A stretch of 64,000 bases of DNA from Gemmatimonadota bacterium (GTDB taxonomy: Bacteria; JBHIER01; G020348925). The position numbers and the translations under genes were made by a program. Positions 31,098 to 41,119 of this stretch are shown one piece after another. Below the pieces are notes generated by a model. That model saw nothing but the letters and a program-made list of their open reading frames with translations. It did not search any database and was not told the DNA's origin. The stretch lies in assembly GCA_020348925.1 (NCBI GenBank), contig CP070758.1, positions 2,991,688 to 3,055,687 of the forward strand. The letters run 5' to 3'. Position 1 is the first letter of the stretch. Every line of letters begins with the position of its first letter.

Positions 31098-34000
31098 ATG
31101 CAAACTACATACTTCACAGTCAGGACAAATTTCCTTGGGGATACTAAGGCAAAAGAACCTCGAACACAATCCAAAATGCAACGTATTCGAGTACCCCTGC
31201 CAAACCTTCTCTTTCTGACACTTTTTCTAACAATTTTTCTCCTCCCGGTGATCTCCATTAGTGGTGAAAAAGGATCTGATACTTTTATCCGAGCTAAAGA
31301 AGATCCTGTTATCCATTACACATTGCAGGAGAGAACACAGAATAACGAATTGAACGAGGAGGTCACCGTCTGGGTCTTCTTCACGGACAAAGGCATCTTC
31401 ACTGCAGAGGCGTATCGCACGTCCTGTCAAAAGGTTGAACAGAGTCTGAGCGACAGGGTGCGATGGAGAAGGGGGAAAGTGAGGGATGAACGATTGATCG
31501 ATTTTCGCGATCTTCCTGTGGAGGATAGCTATATCGAAGCGGTTTTAGCAACAGGTGCCATACACAGAACGACCACCAGATGGTTCAACGGCATCAGCGT
31601 CAACGCCCCTGTTGAGTCACTGACCCGCATCGCCTCTCTCCCCTGGGTGCGGGAGATACGACCGGTTCGAGGGTACACAAGAGAGCCCTTGCCCTCTCCC
31701 CGGCCCGCGCTCAAAAGGCCACCATTCCAGAGGAAATCTTTTCAGCTCAACTACGGCCCCTCCTACGATCAACTCCAGCAGATCAACGTGCCTGCCGTCC
31801 ACGAAATGGGCTACAGCGGAGCCGGTGTCCTCATCTGCATGCTGGACTCCGGTTTTAATCGCGAACACGAGTCCCTTCAGAACATCGATTTCGTGGCCGA
31901 ATGGGATTTCATCAACGATGACGGCAATACCAAGAATGAGCTCGGTGATCCCCAGTACCAGGATTACCATGGGACCCGAACCCTGTCCGTCACCGGCGGA
32001 TCGAGTCCGGGCAACCTCTACGGGCCGGCCTACGGAGCCAGTTTCATCTTGGGGAAAACGGAGGACACCTCCCAGGAGGTGCCTGTTGAGGAGGATTTCT
32101 GGGTGGAGGCGGTCGAATGGGCCGAGGCCCAGGGCGCCGATGTCATCAGCAGTTCCCTGAGCTACACGGACTGGTACACCTACGGCGACATGGATGGGAA
32201 CACGGCGGTCACAACCCGGGCCGCTGATATCGCGGCGACGAAAGGTATTGTGGTCTGTAACTCGGCCGGCAATGCCAGGGACGATCCCTGGTACTACATC
32301 GGTGCGCCGGCCGATGCCGACTCGATTCTTGCTGTCGGGGCTGTGGATGTATCCGGCGAGATTTCCTGGTTCAGCTCCGCCGGTCCGACGTCCGACGGGA
32401 GGACGAAACCCGAAGTATGCGCCCGAGGCGTCGATACCTGCCTGGCCAATCCCGGGGATCCCTCCGGCTACCAGGATCGCAACGGCACCTCCTTCTCCTG
32501 CCCCCTGGTGGCCGGCTGTGCCGCCCTCGTCCTCGAAGCCCACCCGGATTGGACACCCATGCAGGTCCGTGAGGCCCTCATGATGACGGCCGACCAGGCC
32601 CATCATCCGGACAATTTATACGGTTGGGGGATTGTCGATGTCCTGGCCGCCATCGCCTATCCCTGCGATATTGACGTGACTATCCCCAACGGCGGGGAGA
32701 CGTGGTCCGCAGGGGCCATCGAGACCATCACATGGTCCTCCGGGAACACTGGTGACTATGTGACCATCGACTATTCCACCAACGGAGGCGCGGATTGGTC
32801 GACGGTGATCCCCCTGACGGCGAACGACGGCTCGTACCCCTGGTCCATCCCCAACACACCTTCCGTCGATTGTCTGGTGAAGATATGCGACGCGGAGAAC
32901 AGCGGATGCTGCGATCAGAGCAACGGTGCCTTCGAAATCAGCGGCTACGGCTCGCACCTCATTGCACACTACCCTCTCAGTTCCAACGGAATCGATGCGA
33001 CAGGGAACCAGGCACCTATGACCCTGATAGACACACCTTTCCAGGAGGGGGGAATATACTGCAACGGGCTCTACTGGTATACAAATGCGGAGACACCGAA
33101 CATTGAAGGATTTAATGAAACCGCATTCACAATCAGTGCCAGATTCAAAGTGACCGATTATCCCTCAGAAGACATGCCGGTCTTTATGCTCGGACATGGG
33201 TGCCGTTGGCTCGGTTATTACCTCGAGTCCGAAGAAACCGTCACGCTCAGCGGCAATAACGGTCTTATTGTTCAGAACAGCGTTGTCCGTTACGCAACGA
33301 ACATATGGCACGAAGCAACCGTAACCTACGACGCCAATACCGGAACGGGCAGGCTCTATCTGGACGACATACTGGCCTGCACCGCAAACTTTCAAATCGA
33401 TTTTTCTGTATGCCCTGATAGGTCAATCAGTATTAATGACTATTCGGTCGGAAGAGCCTTTGAGGGATTCTTGAGCGATCTGAGGGTGTACGATATCGTC
33501 ACAATCAACATCCCACCCTGTGACATGACACTGACCTCACCAGTCGGAGGTGAAACATGGTGCATTGACGAAGAGCACGATATCACCTGGCTCACCGAGT
33601 ACGGGAGCGGCACTGTGAAAATCGATTTTTCCATCGACGGGGGTTCATCCTGGTGGCCGGTGATCGCCGGCACTCCTGATGATGGAAGTTTTTCCTGGAC
33701 TATCCCCACCTTTATCGCCCCTGATCTCCCCTCGACAGCTTGTCTGGTGAGAATCTGTGACCTCCAGCAGACCGACTGCTGTGCCGAAACCATCACTCCT
33801 TTCGAAATCAGTGGGTGTGCGTGTCGCATTGCCATTGTTTCACCCAGCGGTGGTGAGAGTTGGTGCGCTGAGGAGACTCACGACATCTCCTGGACCTCCA
33901 ACTTCACCAGTGGCGCTGTGCATATCGAATACTCCACCAACGGGGGTGCGGATTGGTTGACGGTGATCGCCGACACCCCTGACGACGGCTCCTATTCCTG

Positions 34001-34967
34001 GACCATTCCGAATAGACCATCAACCGACTGTTTTGTGCGGCTCTGCGATGTTGAAGACGCCGGATGTTGCGACGAGACCGATAGTCCGTCCGTAATCAGT
34101 GGCTGTGGCCCTCTGGAGATCGTGACTGAAAGCCTCCCGGACGGATATGCGGATATCCAATATAATGTCCCCCTCGTCGCCACAGGTGGGGTCCTCCCCT
34201 ACTCCTGGTCCATCACATCCGGAGCTTTGCCGGTCGGACTCAATCTGGACACGAATTCAGGCGCCATCTCTGGGGCTTCGGAGGTATTGGGAACCTTCTG
34301 CTTTACTGTCGAGGTAACAGACGACCTCGGAGTGACGGACACACAGGATCTCTGTCTCACTCTCTCGGAGTACGGTGGCCTCAGAGGCGACCCCAACAAC
34401 GACGGCGTTATTGATATCCTCGACGTACTCGATGTCGTCAATCACATCCTGGGCACGACTCCTCTGACCGGCGATGGCCTCACCTGGGGGGACTGTAACG
34501 GGGACGATGTCGTTAATATCTTGGATGCCCTGGGAATCGTGAACGTGGTCCTGGGCACCGGCGAGTGTACACCGGCTGCGTGCAGAACGCAACTTACGCC
34601 GGAAGTGATGAATGTGCTCAAGTCACTTCAAGTGTATCTGTCGGCGGAGGAGTACTCCCGGATCATATCACTGGTGAAGGGCGAGAGACCAATCCCGGCT
34701 GAGTACAGCCTGGTCCAGAACTACCCCAATCCCTTCAATCCGGTGACCACCATCGCCTATGCTCTGCCCGAGGCCGCCCGGGTGAAGGTGGAGGTCTTCA
34801 ATCTTTTGGGCCAGAAGATCGCGGTGCTGGTCGAGGCCGACCAGAGGGCCGGTACCCACAGTGTCCGGTGGGATGCCTCCGACATGGCCAACGGCGTTTA
34901 TTTTTATCGACTGAGTGTGAATGACGGTTTCTGGACGAAAACGATAAGGATGGTTCTCATGAAGTAA
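31098..34967 (+). CDS. Secreted S8 subtilase with three Ig-like domains, LamG-like domain, Ig domain, dockerin, C-terminal sorting domain
   Basis: LDSG, HGT, NSAGN, GTSFSCP; three PxGGExW..ITW/ISW repeats; GGVLPYSWSI..GALPVGL; GDPNNDGVIDILD...GDCNGDDVVNILD; QNYPNPFNP...MVLMK. Confidence 0.9.
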   Translation: MQTTYFTVRTNFLGDTKAKEPRTQSKMQRIRVPLPNLLFLTLFLTIFLLPVISISGEKGSDTFIRAKEDPVIHYTLQERTQNNELNEEVTVWVFFTDKGIFTAEAYRTSCQKVEQSLSDRVRWRRGKVRDERLIDFRDLPVEDSYIEAVLATGAIHRTTTRWFNGISVNAPVESLTRIASLPWVREIRPVRGYTREPLPSPRPALKRPPFQRKSFQLNYGPSYDQLQQINVPAVHEMGYSGAGVLICMLDSGFNREHESLQNIDFVAEWDFINDDGNTKNELGDPQYQDYHGTRTLSVTGGSSPGNLYGPAYGASFILGKTEDTSQEVPVEEDFWVEAVEWAEAQGADVISSSLSYTDWYTYGDMDGNTAVTTRAADIAATKGIVVCNSAGNARDDPWYYIGAPADADSILAVGAVDVSGEISWFSSAGPTSDGRTKPEVCARGVDTCLANPGDPSGYQDRNGTSFSCPLVAGCAALVLEAHPDWTPMQVREALMMTADQAHHPDNLYGWGIVDVLAAIAYPCDIDVTIPNGGETWSAGAIETITWSSGNTGDYVTIDYSTNGGADWSTVIPLTANDGSYPWSIPNTPSVDCLVKICDAENSGCCDQSNGAFEISGYGSHLIAHYPLSSNGIDATGNQAPMTLIDTPFQEGGIYCNGLYWYTNAETPNIEGFNETAFTISARFKVTDYPSEDMPVFMLGHGCRWLGYYLESEETVTLSGNNGLIVQNSVVRYATNIWHEATVTYDANTGTGRLYLDDILACTANFQIDFSVCPDRSISINDYSVGRAFEGFLSDLRVYDIVTINIPPCDMTLTSPVGGETWCIDEEHDITWLTEYGSGTVKIDFSIDGGSSWWPVIAGTPDDGSFSWTIPTFIAPDLPSTACLVRICDLQQTDCCAETITPFEISGCACRIAIVSPSGGESWCAEETHDISWTSNFTSGAVHIEYSTNGGADWLTVIADTPDDGSYSWTIPNRPSTDCFVRLCDVEDAGCCDETDSPSVISGCGPLEIVTESLPDGYADIQYNVPLVATGGVLPYSWSITSGALPVGLNLDTNSGAISGASEVLGTFCFTVEVTDDLGVTDTQDLCLTLSEYGGLRGDPNNDGVIDILDVLDVVNHILGTTPLTGDGLTWGDCNGDDVVNILDALGIVNVVLGTGECTPAACRTQLTPEVMNVLKSLQVYLSAEEYSRIISLVKGERPIPAEYSLVQNYPNPFNPVTTIAYALPEAARVKVEVFNLLGQKIAVLVEADQRAGTHSVRWDASDMANGVYFYRLSVNDGFWTKTIRMVLMK

Positions 34968-35106
34968 CGGCATGATCGGATTCACCGTGAACGGTTGCGT
35001 TCTCAACCTGAAGGAGGTCCGCATGATTGAACATTCTTAATACGGAGTTGAGGTGATCTGAGTCCGTCGTGTTGTATTGTATTTGTATTTCATGAGGAGG
35101 GTTGCA

Positions 35107-38007
35107 ATGAAAACGTGCGTTGTGAACAAGAGATGCAGGACATATCATGTGAGCTTCATGTTTGGATTGATACTGACGGTCGGTCTTTTTTGGGTCCGGC
35201 TGGGGCAACCATCCTGGTCAATCGAAGTCTCTTTCCCTGAGGGAGAACGTTCATCGTCCGGCGCTGTGTCGGGGGCCAAAGCCTCCGGAGAAACATCAGC
35301 AGACATGCATAACTCCGCATCCTCCCAGATCCAGGAACTCGAATGTCGACAGGACACCCAATTCGGACAAAATCCCCACGATCCCAACGGTCTCTGGTGG
35401 TGGTACACGAGCGATCAGGAGTATGAATGGCTGGTCTACGATAATTTCTCAGGCGCATACGAAACGATCTGTGGCGTCCAGTGGTGGGGCCTTATGGCGG
35501 GCCTGATGAACAACGAATGGACGAGATGCGAAAAAGTGACCGATTACACGATTACCTTCTACACGGATGACGCCGGACGAACAGGCGATCCCGTAACAAG
35601 TCGCGTCGTCCGTCCGACCGTAACCAATACCGGCTTTGATCCGATCGCGTATAGCTCCCTGTGGTACTTTGAGGCTCATCTCGATCCCTGTGTCAATATC
35701 ACAGAAGGATGGATCTCCATTCAGGCGCACGAAAATCCGACCTATGCCAACTGTATCTTCGGGTGGTGGAGCAGCTCCGAGGGAGATGGCGTGGCCTACC
35801 AGTTGAATGAAACAACCGGTGCACTCGGCCCAACAAATTATGATCGGGCAGTCTGCATCGGCGGCAGTGACAGTGACGGTGACGGTTTTGCCGATATCGA
35901 GGACAATTGTCCCCACCATTACAATCCGACCCAGGAGGATTCTGAATCACCATATGCTCCGAAGAGTGATCCCGCCACTGCTTTGATCAGCAGTTCCAAC
36001 AACGGTGTCATCTTCAGGGTCGAGCCCAAGGCCGTTTTGAGAAATACCACCAACACCATTGAATTGAGCTTGGACAATCCTGACGATCAAGTGGCCGCGC
36101 TTCAGACCGATATTCTGTTCGACACCGGCTGTTTCACGGTGACGGCGGTAGAAAAGACGGTCAGAACTGCAGAAATCAACATTTTCCAGTTCGCCGCCTT
36201 TGAATGGGGTGTCAGATTATCGGCCACAGGCATAGGGACCTTTGTTGAACCCGGAACAGGACCGATTGCAGTATTCACGGTGGACGTGGGTGATTGTGCC
36301 GAGACCGAATACCTCTGGGATGTAACCTCTAGCCTCAGTGCAAATGAATGGGGGGTTGAAATTGAATGCGCCGAGGAGGATGCAATCATAGTGATCGGAT
36401 GTTTTGGTGACGGTGTGGGTGATGTGTGCGACAACTGCCCCGCTCACTGTAATCCCGGTCAGGAGGACGTCGACATGGACGGTCTCGGCGACGGCTGCGA
36501 CAATTGTCCACAGATGTTCAATCCCGGTCAGGAGGACACCGATTTTCCGGCTCCGTTGAAAATCATTCCGGGCGCACACCGGATCAGCGGAAAAAATGAC
36601 GGTGTGACGATCTGGATCGAATCGCAGGCGATCCTGAGAGACGAGACCACCACCCTCGAATTGCACATGGACAACCCTGACGAAACAGTTGCTGCCTTTC
36701 AGATCGAAATTGTGTTCGACACCGACTGTTTCGCCGTGACGGCAGCGGAAGCGACGGTCCGGTCCGCCGATTTACAAATTTTTTCCTACTCCGACCGGGA
36801 ATGGGGCATCATTCTCGCGACCACGGGCATCGGTACCGCCATCGAGCCCGGCACAGGCCCGATCGCTGTGCTTACCGTGGATGCGGGCGATTGTGACGGC
36901 TGCGAATACATGTGGGAATTGACGGGATGTGTCGCCGCCAATCCCACCGGCGGAGACGTCACCTGCGACGCTGAGGATAGTCCCATTTTCTTTGAATGCG
37001 CCGACGGGGTCGGGAACCTCTGCGACAACTGTCCTGATCATATGAATTCCGACCAGACGGACACAGACGGGGATGGTGCGGGTGACGTCTGCGATCCCTG
37101 TCCCAACGATGCGGACGACGACGGGGATCAGGACGGACTGTGCGCCGATGAGGACAACTGCCCGCTGTTATCCAATCCTGACCAGACCGATACGGATGAG
37201 GACGGTGTGGGTGATGTCTGCGACAACTGCCCCGACGATCCCAATTCCGGTCAACAGGATACCGACGAAGATGGTCTGGGCGATGCGTGTGATCCGTGCC
37301 CCAACGACCCGAACGGCGATGTCGACGGGGACGGTATCTGCGGTGATATCGACAACTGCCCCTGCCTGTACAATCCAGAACAGGAGGACAGCAACGGCGA
37401 TGGTCTCGGTAATGTGTGTGATGCCTTGCGAGGTGATGTGGACGGCAACTGTCTCATCGATGTCCTGGATGTCCTGAGAGTCATCAACATCATACTGGAT
37501 CTGCACCTGCCGACCGTGTATGAGCAGATCGGCGGCGACTGCAACAGTGACGGCGGTATCGACGTCGTGGATGCCCTGGGTATTGTGAATGTGGTCTTAG
37601 GGACCGGCACCTGTCCCCCCGCAGGCTCGAAACCGCTCCTCACCGCTGATGTGATGGGTGTTCTCGAGATGTTGAAACCGCATCTCTCCCGGGAAAATTT
37701 TGAGAGATTCATGGCCATGGTCAAAACCGTGAGCAGTCCCCCTGCTGAGTACCGCCTGTCCCAGAACTATCCCAATCCCTTCAATCCGGTGACCACCTTT
37801 TCGTATACTCTGCCCGAACCCGCGCAGGTGAAGGTGGAGGTCTACAATCTTCTCGGTCAGTTGGTCGAGGTGCTGGTCAATATCGAACAGGAGGCCGGCT
37901 TTCACAGGGTCCAATGGGATGCTTCGGACATGGCCAACGGAATCTACTTCTACAGGATTGAGGCGAATGAATTCAGAGCGACGAAACGGATGGTCCTGAT
38001 GAAATAA
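35107..38007 (+). CDS. Secreted scaffold-like protein: beta-domain, thrombospondin type-3 repeats, two cohesins, dockerin, sorting domain
   Basis: Many DNCP..NP.Q.D.D.DG.GD.CD repeats; two homologous LDNPD..VAA.Q..I.FD...EPGTGPIA blocks; GDVDGNCLIDVLD; YPNPFNP...KRMVLMK; no catalytic motif recognised. Confidence 0.85.
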   Translation: MKTCVVNKRCRTYHVSFMFGLILTVGLFWVRLGQPSWSIEVSFPEGERSSSGAVSGAKASGETSADMHNSASSQIQELECRQDTQFGQNPHDPNGLWWWYTSDQEYEWLVYDNFSGAYETICGVQWWGLMAGLMNNEWTRCEKVTDYTITFYTDDAGRTGDPVTSRVVRPTVTNTGFDPIAYSSLWYFEAHLDPCVNITEGWISIQAHENPTYANCIFGWWSSSEGDGVAYQLNETTGALGPTNYDRAVCIGGSDSDGDGFADIEDNCPHHYNPTQEDSESPYAPKSDPATALISSSNNGVIFRVEPKAVLRNTTNTIELSLDNPDDQVAALQTDILFDTGCFTVTAVEKTVRTAEINIFQFAAFEWGVRLSATGIGTFVEPGTGPIAVFTVDVGDCAETEYLWDVTSSLSANEWGVEIECAEEDAIIVIGCFGDGVGDVCDNCPAHCNPGQEDVDMDGLGDGCDNCPQMFNPGQEDTDFPAPLKIIPGAHRISGKNDGVTIWIESQAILRDETTTLELHMDNPDETVAAFQIEIVFDTDCFAVTAAEATVRSADLQIFSYSDREWGIILATTGIGTAIEPGTGPIAVLTVDAGDCDGCEYMWELTGCVAANPTGGDVTCDAEDSPIFFECADGVGNLCDNCPDHMNSDQTDTDGDGAGDVCDPCPNDADDDGDQDGLCADEDNCPLLSNPDQTDTDEDGVGDVCDNCPDDPNSGQQDTDEDGLGDACDPCPNDPNGDVDGDGICGDIDNCPCLYNPEQEDSNGDGLGNVCDALRGDVDGNCLIDVLDVLRVINIILDLHLPTVYEQIGGDCNSDGGIDVVDALGIVNVVLGTGTCPPAGSKPLLTADVMGVLEMLKPHLSRENFERFMAMVKTVSSPPAEYRLSQNYPNPFNPVTTFSYTLPEPAQVKVEVYNLLGQLVEVLVNIEQEAGFHRVQWDASDMANGIYFYRIEANEFRATKRMVLMK

Positions 38008-38033
38008 GAAGAGGCGAAAAACGAAATCAAAGA

Positions 38034-38068
38034 GATGTGCCAGGCACGTTCACAGTGCCTGGCACATC
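38034..38068. repeat. Perfect 14-bp inverted repeat (REP-like or terminator)
   Basis: GATGTGCCAGGCAC-gttcaca-GTGCCTGGCACATC. Confidence 0.7.
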
Positions 38069-38361
38069 AACATCGAATGATTGATGCCACTCACTTGACA
38101 CTTCAGACCCCTGAAGGACGCTCTGAAAAAACTGGAGCGACTCCACAAAACCTCTCCTGAGGTATCGAAGAATTCCCATTAATATTCTTATCTTTGCTGC
38201 GTCTTCTTGACCACGGTGGTGCTCTCATCCCTCCACAAATTTATGTTGCTTTTGCCATGTTTTTCCATATTTTTTGTGAAACATCCTGAGGCAGCTCATC
38301 ATGATTCGGTTCTCATACATTCCGTTATATTCAGTCCACCCTCATGTGAAAGGAGGAACGG

Positions 38362-38862
38362 ATGAAAACTACGGTTTTTCTTCTCATTGTCGGGATTTTA
38401 TTCCTGGCAGTGGGATTGCCGGGAGACGTTTCCGCCAAGGGACAGGAAAAGAAAATCGTTTTTCTGAACCTCACAATGGAAGACGATGGTTTCACACTGG
38501 AAAAAATATACATACGTCCGGGCAGCCTGAAGGAGAAATCCCTCAAGAACCGAGGTTCTCAGTTCACGTACGTCATGCTCTCCCGCGACGGGGATCTGAT
38601 TGGTGAAGGTGCGTTCAAGGATCCGAGAGTGAACGCCAGGAGACTTGAGTACGAGGATCCCCATGTTCCGGGAGCGATACGAAAGATTCATGTTCTGGAG
38701 GAGACCCGGCGGTTCGTCCTGCGCCTTCCCTATCACGAGGACCTGGCGCGGGTCGATCTCTTCAAAACACCCACAGGGTCAAAGGCCAGGGTTCAAGACG
38801 AAGAAACTGTTGACAGGGTGAAAATCGGGAGTATTCAGATCAACCTGGAGGATGCGAAATGA
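38362..38862 (+). CDS. Small secreted protein coupled to the M64 peptidase
   Basis: AAAGGAGG RBS; signal peptide; basic beta-rich body (FKDPR, FVLRLPY); ATGA overlap with the next gene. Confidence 0.8.
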   Translation: MKTTVFLLIVGILFLAVGLPGDVSAKGQEKKIVFLNLTMEDDGFTLEKIYIRPGSLKEKSLKNRGSQFTYVMLSRDGDLIGEGAFKDPRVNARRLEYEDPHVPGAIRKIHVLEETRRFVLRLPYHEDLARVDLFKTPTGSKARVQDEETVDRVKIGSIQINLEDAK

Positions 38863-41003
38863 GAACCACGATTCAAATGTTCGGTCTCTGCGTAAGCTCG
38901 CTCCTTCTGTTGATCGGGAGCGCTTCTTCGCAGTTTACGGTCGACGAGATGCTGGTCAACGGACCCACGGACCAACGCATCAACATCGTCTTTCTCGCTG
39001 AGGGGTACACGGAATCGGAGCTGTCGGCATTCGGAAACGATGCTCAGGCGGCTCTGGATCACTTCCTGAGTGTGGAACCCTTAAGCAATTATGAAAACTA
39101 TTTCAACGCATACAGGATCAATGTGATCTCGAACGAATCCGGGACGGATCATCCGGGCACGGCTGTCGACTGTCCTCCCGGAGAGCCGGTGTCCTATGCG
39201 GATACCTATTTCAACAGCTCCTTCGATGGCTGGGATATTCACCGTCTCCTGACGATCCCACCCCACCCTTTCGACTGGAACGCCGCCAACGGGGAGGGGA
39301 AAGTCTACGATGTCCTGGCGAACCACTTCCCGGAATACGACATCGTGGCGCTGATCGTGAATTCCGAAGAGTACGGGGGATCCGGCGGTGCCATTGCCAT
39401 TTTTTCCGTGCACGAATTGTCCGCAGAAATTGCCGTACATGAGCTGGGACACTCCTTCGCCCAACTGGGTGACGAATACGGCGGCGACAATTCAGCCTTC
39501 AACGATCCTGACAACGAGCCGAACACAACCAAGGAGACCATCCGCGAGCTCATCAAGTGGAACCCCTGGATAAGCCCCTCGACACCGATTCCGACCCCTG
39601 AAACGTCCGCTTTCAGAACTGTTGTCGGCCTGTTCGAAGGAGCTCACTATTGTGATACCGGCTGGTATCGACCGAAATACGAATGTAAAATGCGGTATCT
39701 CGGGGTGGAATTTTGCGAGGTATGCCAGGAAACCTGGATCGTGGAGATCTATGCAATCCTGGACCCTATCCTGAGCTACGAACCCCAGCAGGCGTATATG
39801 ACCATTGAGGATGGTCAATCGATATCTTTTTCCGTCGACGTCCTGCGGCCAAACAGGCACCTCCTCGATAAAGTATGGCGGCTCGACGGCGGTACTATTT
39901 CAAGTGCAACAGGAACCTCCCATCGATTGAATGGGTCCGATCTGGCAGGAGGTGTTCACACATTATCCGTCGAGGTGACCGATCCGACGGACAAGGTTCG
40001 AAACGATCCCTCCGGGCTGCTTCAGAGTATGCGCGTCTGGACCGTGGAGAAGCATGAGGAACCGGACATCCTGCTGTCGGAAACCGGCTACGATTTCGGT
40101 TACGTTCACTGCGGTGCTTCGGAGACATGGATGCTGACCATATCCAACACCGGGAACATCGATCTGGAGGTCACCGACATCAGCTCGGACGAACCGGATT
40201 TCACCCCGGATCCCACCTTCCTCACCGTCCCCCCGGGGAACAGTCAGGATGTCACCGTGACCTTCACCCCGTCACAAGTGGGACATATGAGTGGTGCACT
40301 GACCGTGACGAGCAACGACCTGGATGAACCGGCGGTGAACATATCTCTTTCAGGAACCGGCAGTGCCGCCACGGCCTCCCTGCCCAGGTACTGCGTTCCC
40401 CCCGGTGAGACCGCTGTCGTTTCCATCATTGTTGACAATGAGACGTGGATCGACACGCCCCCCCACAGTGCCTTTATCGATCTGAGTTTCGATGACGACC
40501 TCTTGGATGTCGTATCGGTGGAGCGGTCATCCCGCACGGCCGCCATGAGCATTTTTGAGTGGGACGTCCCCGAATCCGGTCACCTGGCCCTCAACATAGC
40601 CGACGAAAGCGACAATACCATTGCCACGGGGACTGGATCCATCGCCGAGATAAATTTTGCCGTCAGCCAGGAGGCACCTTACGGAGAAAGCACCCTGCTT
40701 CAGTTTCTCGGTGCCGATATGACGGACCTTCAGGGGCAAGCCTTCCCCGTCATGTTACAGGATGGCTCGATATCCTTCGGGGATATGGTCAAAGGAGACG
40801 CCAACACCGACTGTGCCGTGGACATCGTGGATGCCCTCATGTCCGTCAACATCTTCCTGCAGATTACATACCCCACATCCCAGCAGTCCTGGGCCGCCGA
40901 TTGCAATGGCCCCACCGGCGTCTGCGACGGCGACGGCATGGTCGACATCCTGGACACGCTCAAGATCGTCAACATGATTTTGGGATTGGATGCGTGTCCC
41001 TGA
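38859..41003 (+). CDS. Secreted M64 (IgA-peptidase family) metallopeptidase with Ig/ASH-like domains, cohesin, dockerin
   Basis: INIVFLAEGYT, HELGHSFAQLGDEY, GLFEGA..YRP..CKMR; YDFG..ISNTG..SND; IATGTGSIAEINF; GDANTDCAVDIVD; no sorting domain. Confidence 0.9.
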   Translation: MRTTIQMFGLCVSSLLLLIGSASSQFTVDEMLVNGPTDQRINIVFLAEGYTESELSAFGNDAQAALDHFLSVEPLSNYENYFNAYRINVISNESGTDHPGTAVDCPPGEPVSYADTYFNSSFDGWDIHRLLTIPPHPFDWNAANGEGKVYDVLANHFPEYDIVALIVNSEEYGGSGGAIAIFSVHELSAEIAVHELGHSFAQLGDEYGGDNSAFNDPDNEPNTTKETIRELIKWNPWISPSTPIPTPETSAFRTVVGLFEGAHYCDTGWYRPKYECKMRYLGVEFCEVCQETWIVEIYAILDPILSYEPQQAYMTIEDGQSISFSVDVLRPNRHLLDKVWRLDGGTISSATGTSHRLNGSDLAGGVHTLSVEVTDPTDKVRNDPSGLLQSMRVWTVEKHEEPDILLSETGYDFGYVHCGASETWMLTISNTGNIDLEVTDISSDEPDFTPDPTFLTVPPGNSQDVTVTFTPSQVGHMSGALTVTSNDLDEPAVNISLSGTGSAATASLPRYCVPPGETAVVSIIVDNETWIDTPPHSAFIDLSFDDDLLDVVSVERSSRTAAMSIFEWDVPESGHLALNIADESDNTIATGTGSIAEINFAVSQEAPYGESTLLQFLGADMTDLQGQAFPVMLQDGSISFGDMVKGDANTDCAVDIVDALMSVNIFLQITYPTSQQSWAADCNGPTGVCDGDGMVDILDTLKIVNMILGLDACP

Positions 41004-41029
41004 GGAAATTTCTCATAGAAAACAAAATT

Positions 41030-41069
41030 TGCAGCTCCTCTTGAGAAAAGCGGGGCTGCATCTTTTTTT
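41030..41069 (+). terminator. Intrinsic terminator
   Basis: TGCAGCTCC...GGGGCTGCA followed by TCTTTTTTT. Confidence 0.65.
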
Positions 41070-41119
41070 CACTGCGAGAATCATGCGGGGGTCGCCTCTT
41101 TGATCTTCAATCTTTTGTG

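Noticed and set aside
36410-37420. CRISPR-like repeats (TGCGACAACTG...)
   Set aside because: They are in-frame codons of TSP3 repeats with irregular spacing, and no cas genes are present.
34690-37990. Diversity-generating retroelement template/variable pair
   Set aside because: Both copies are coding, differences are not confined to adenines, and no reverse transcriptase is in the window.
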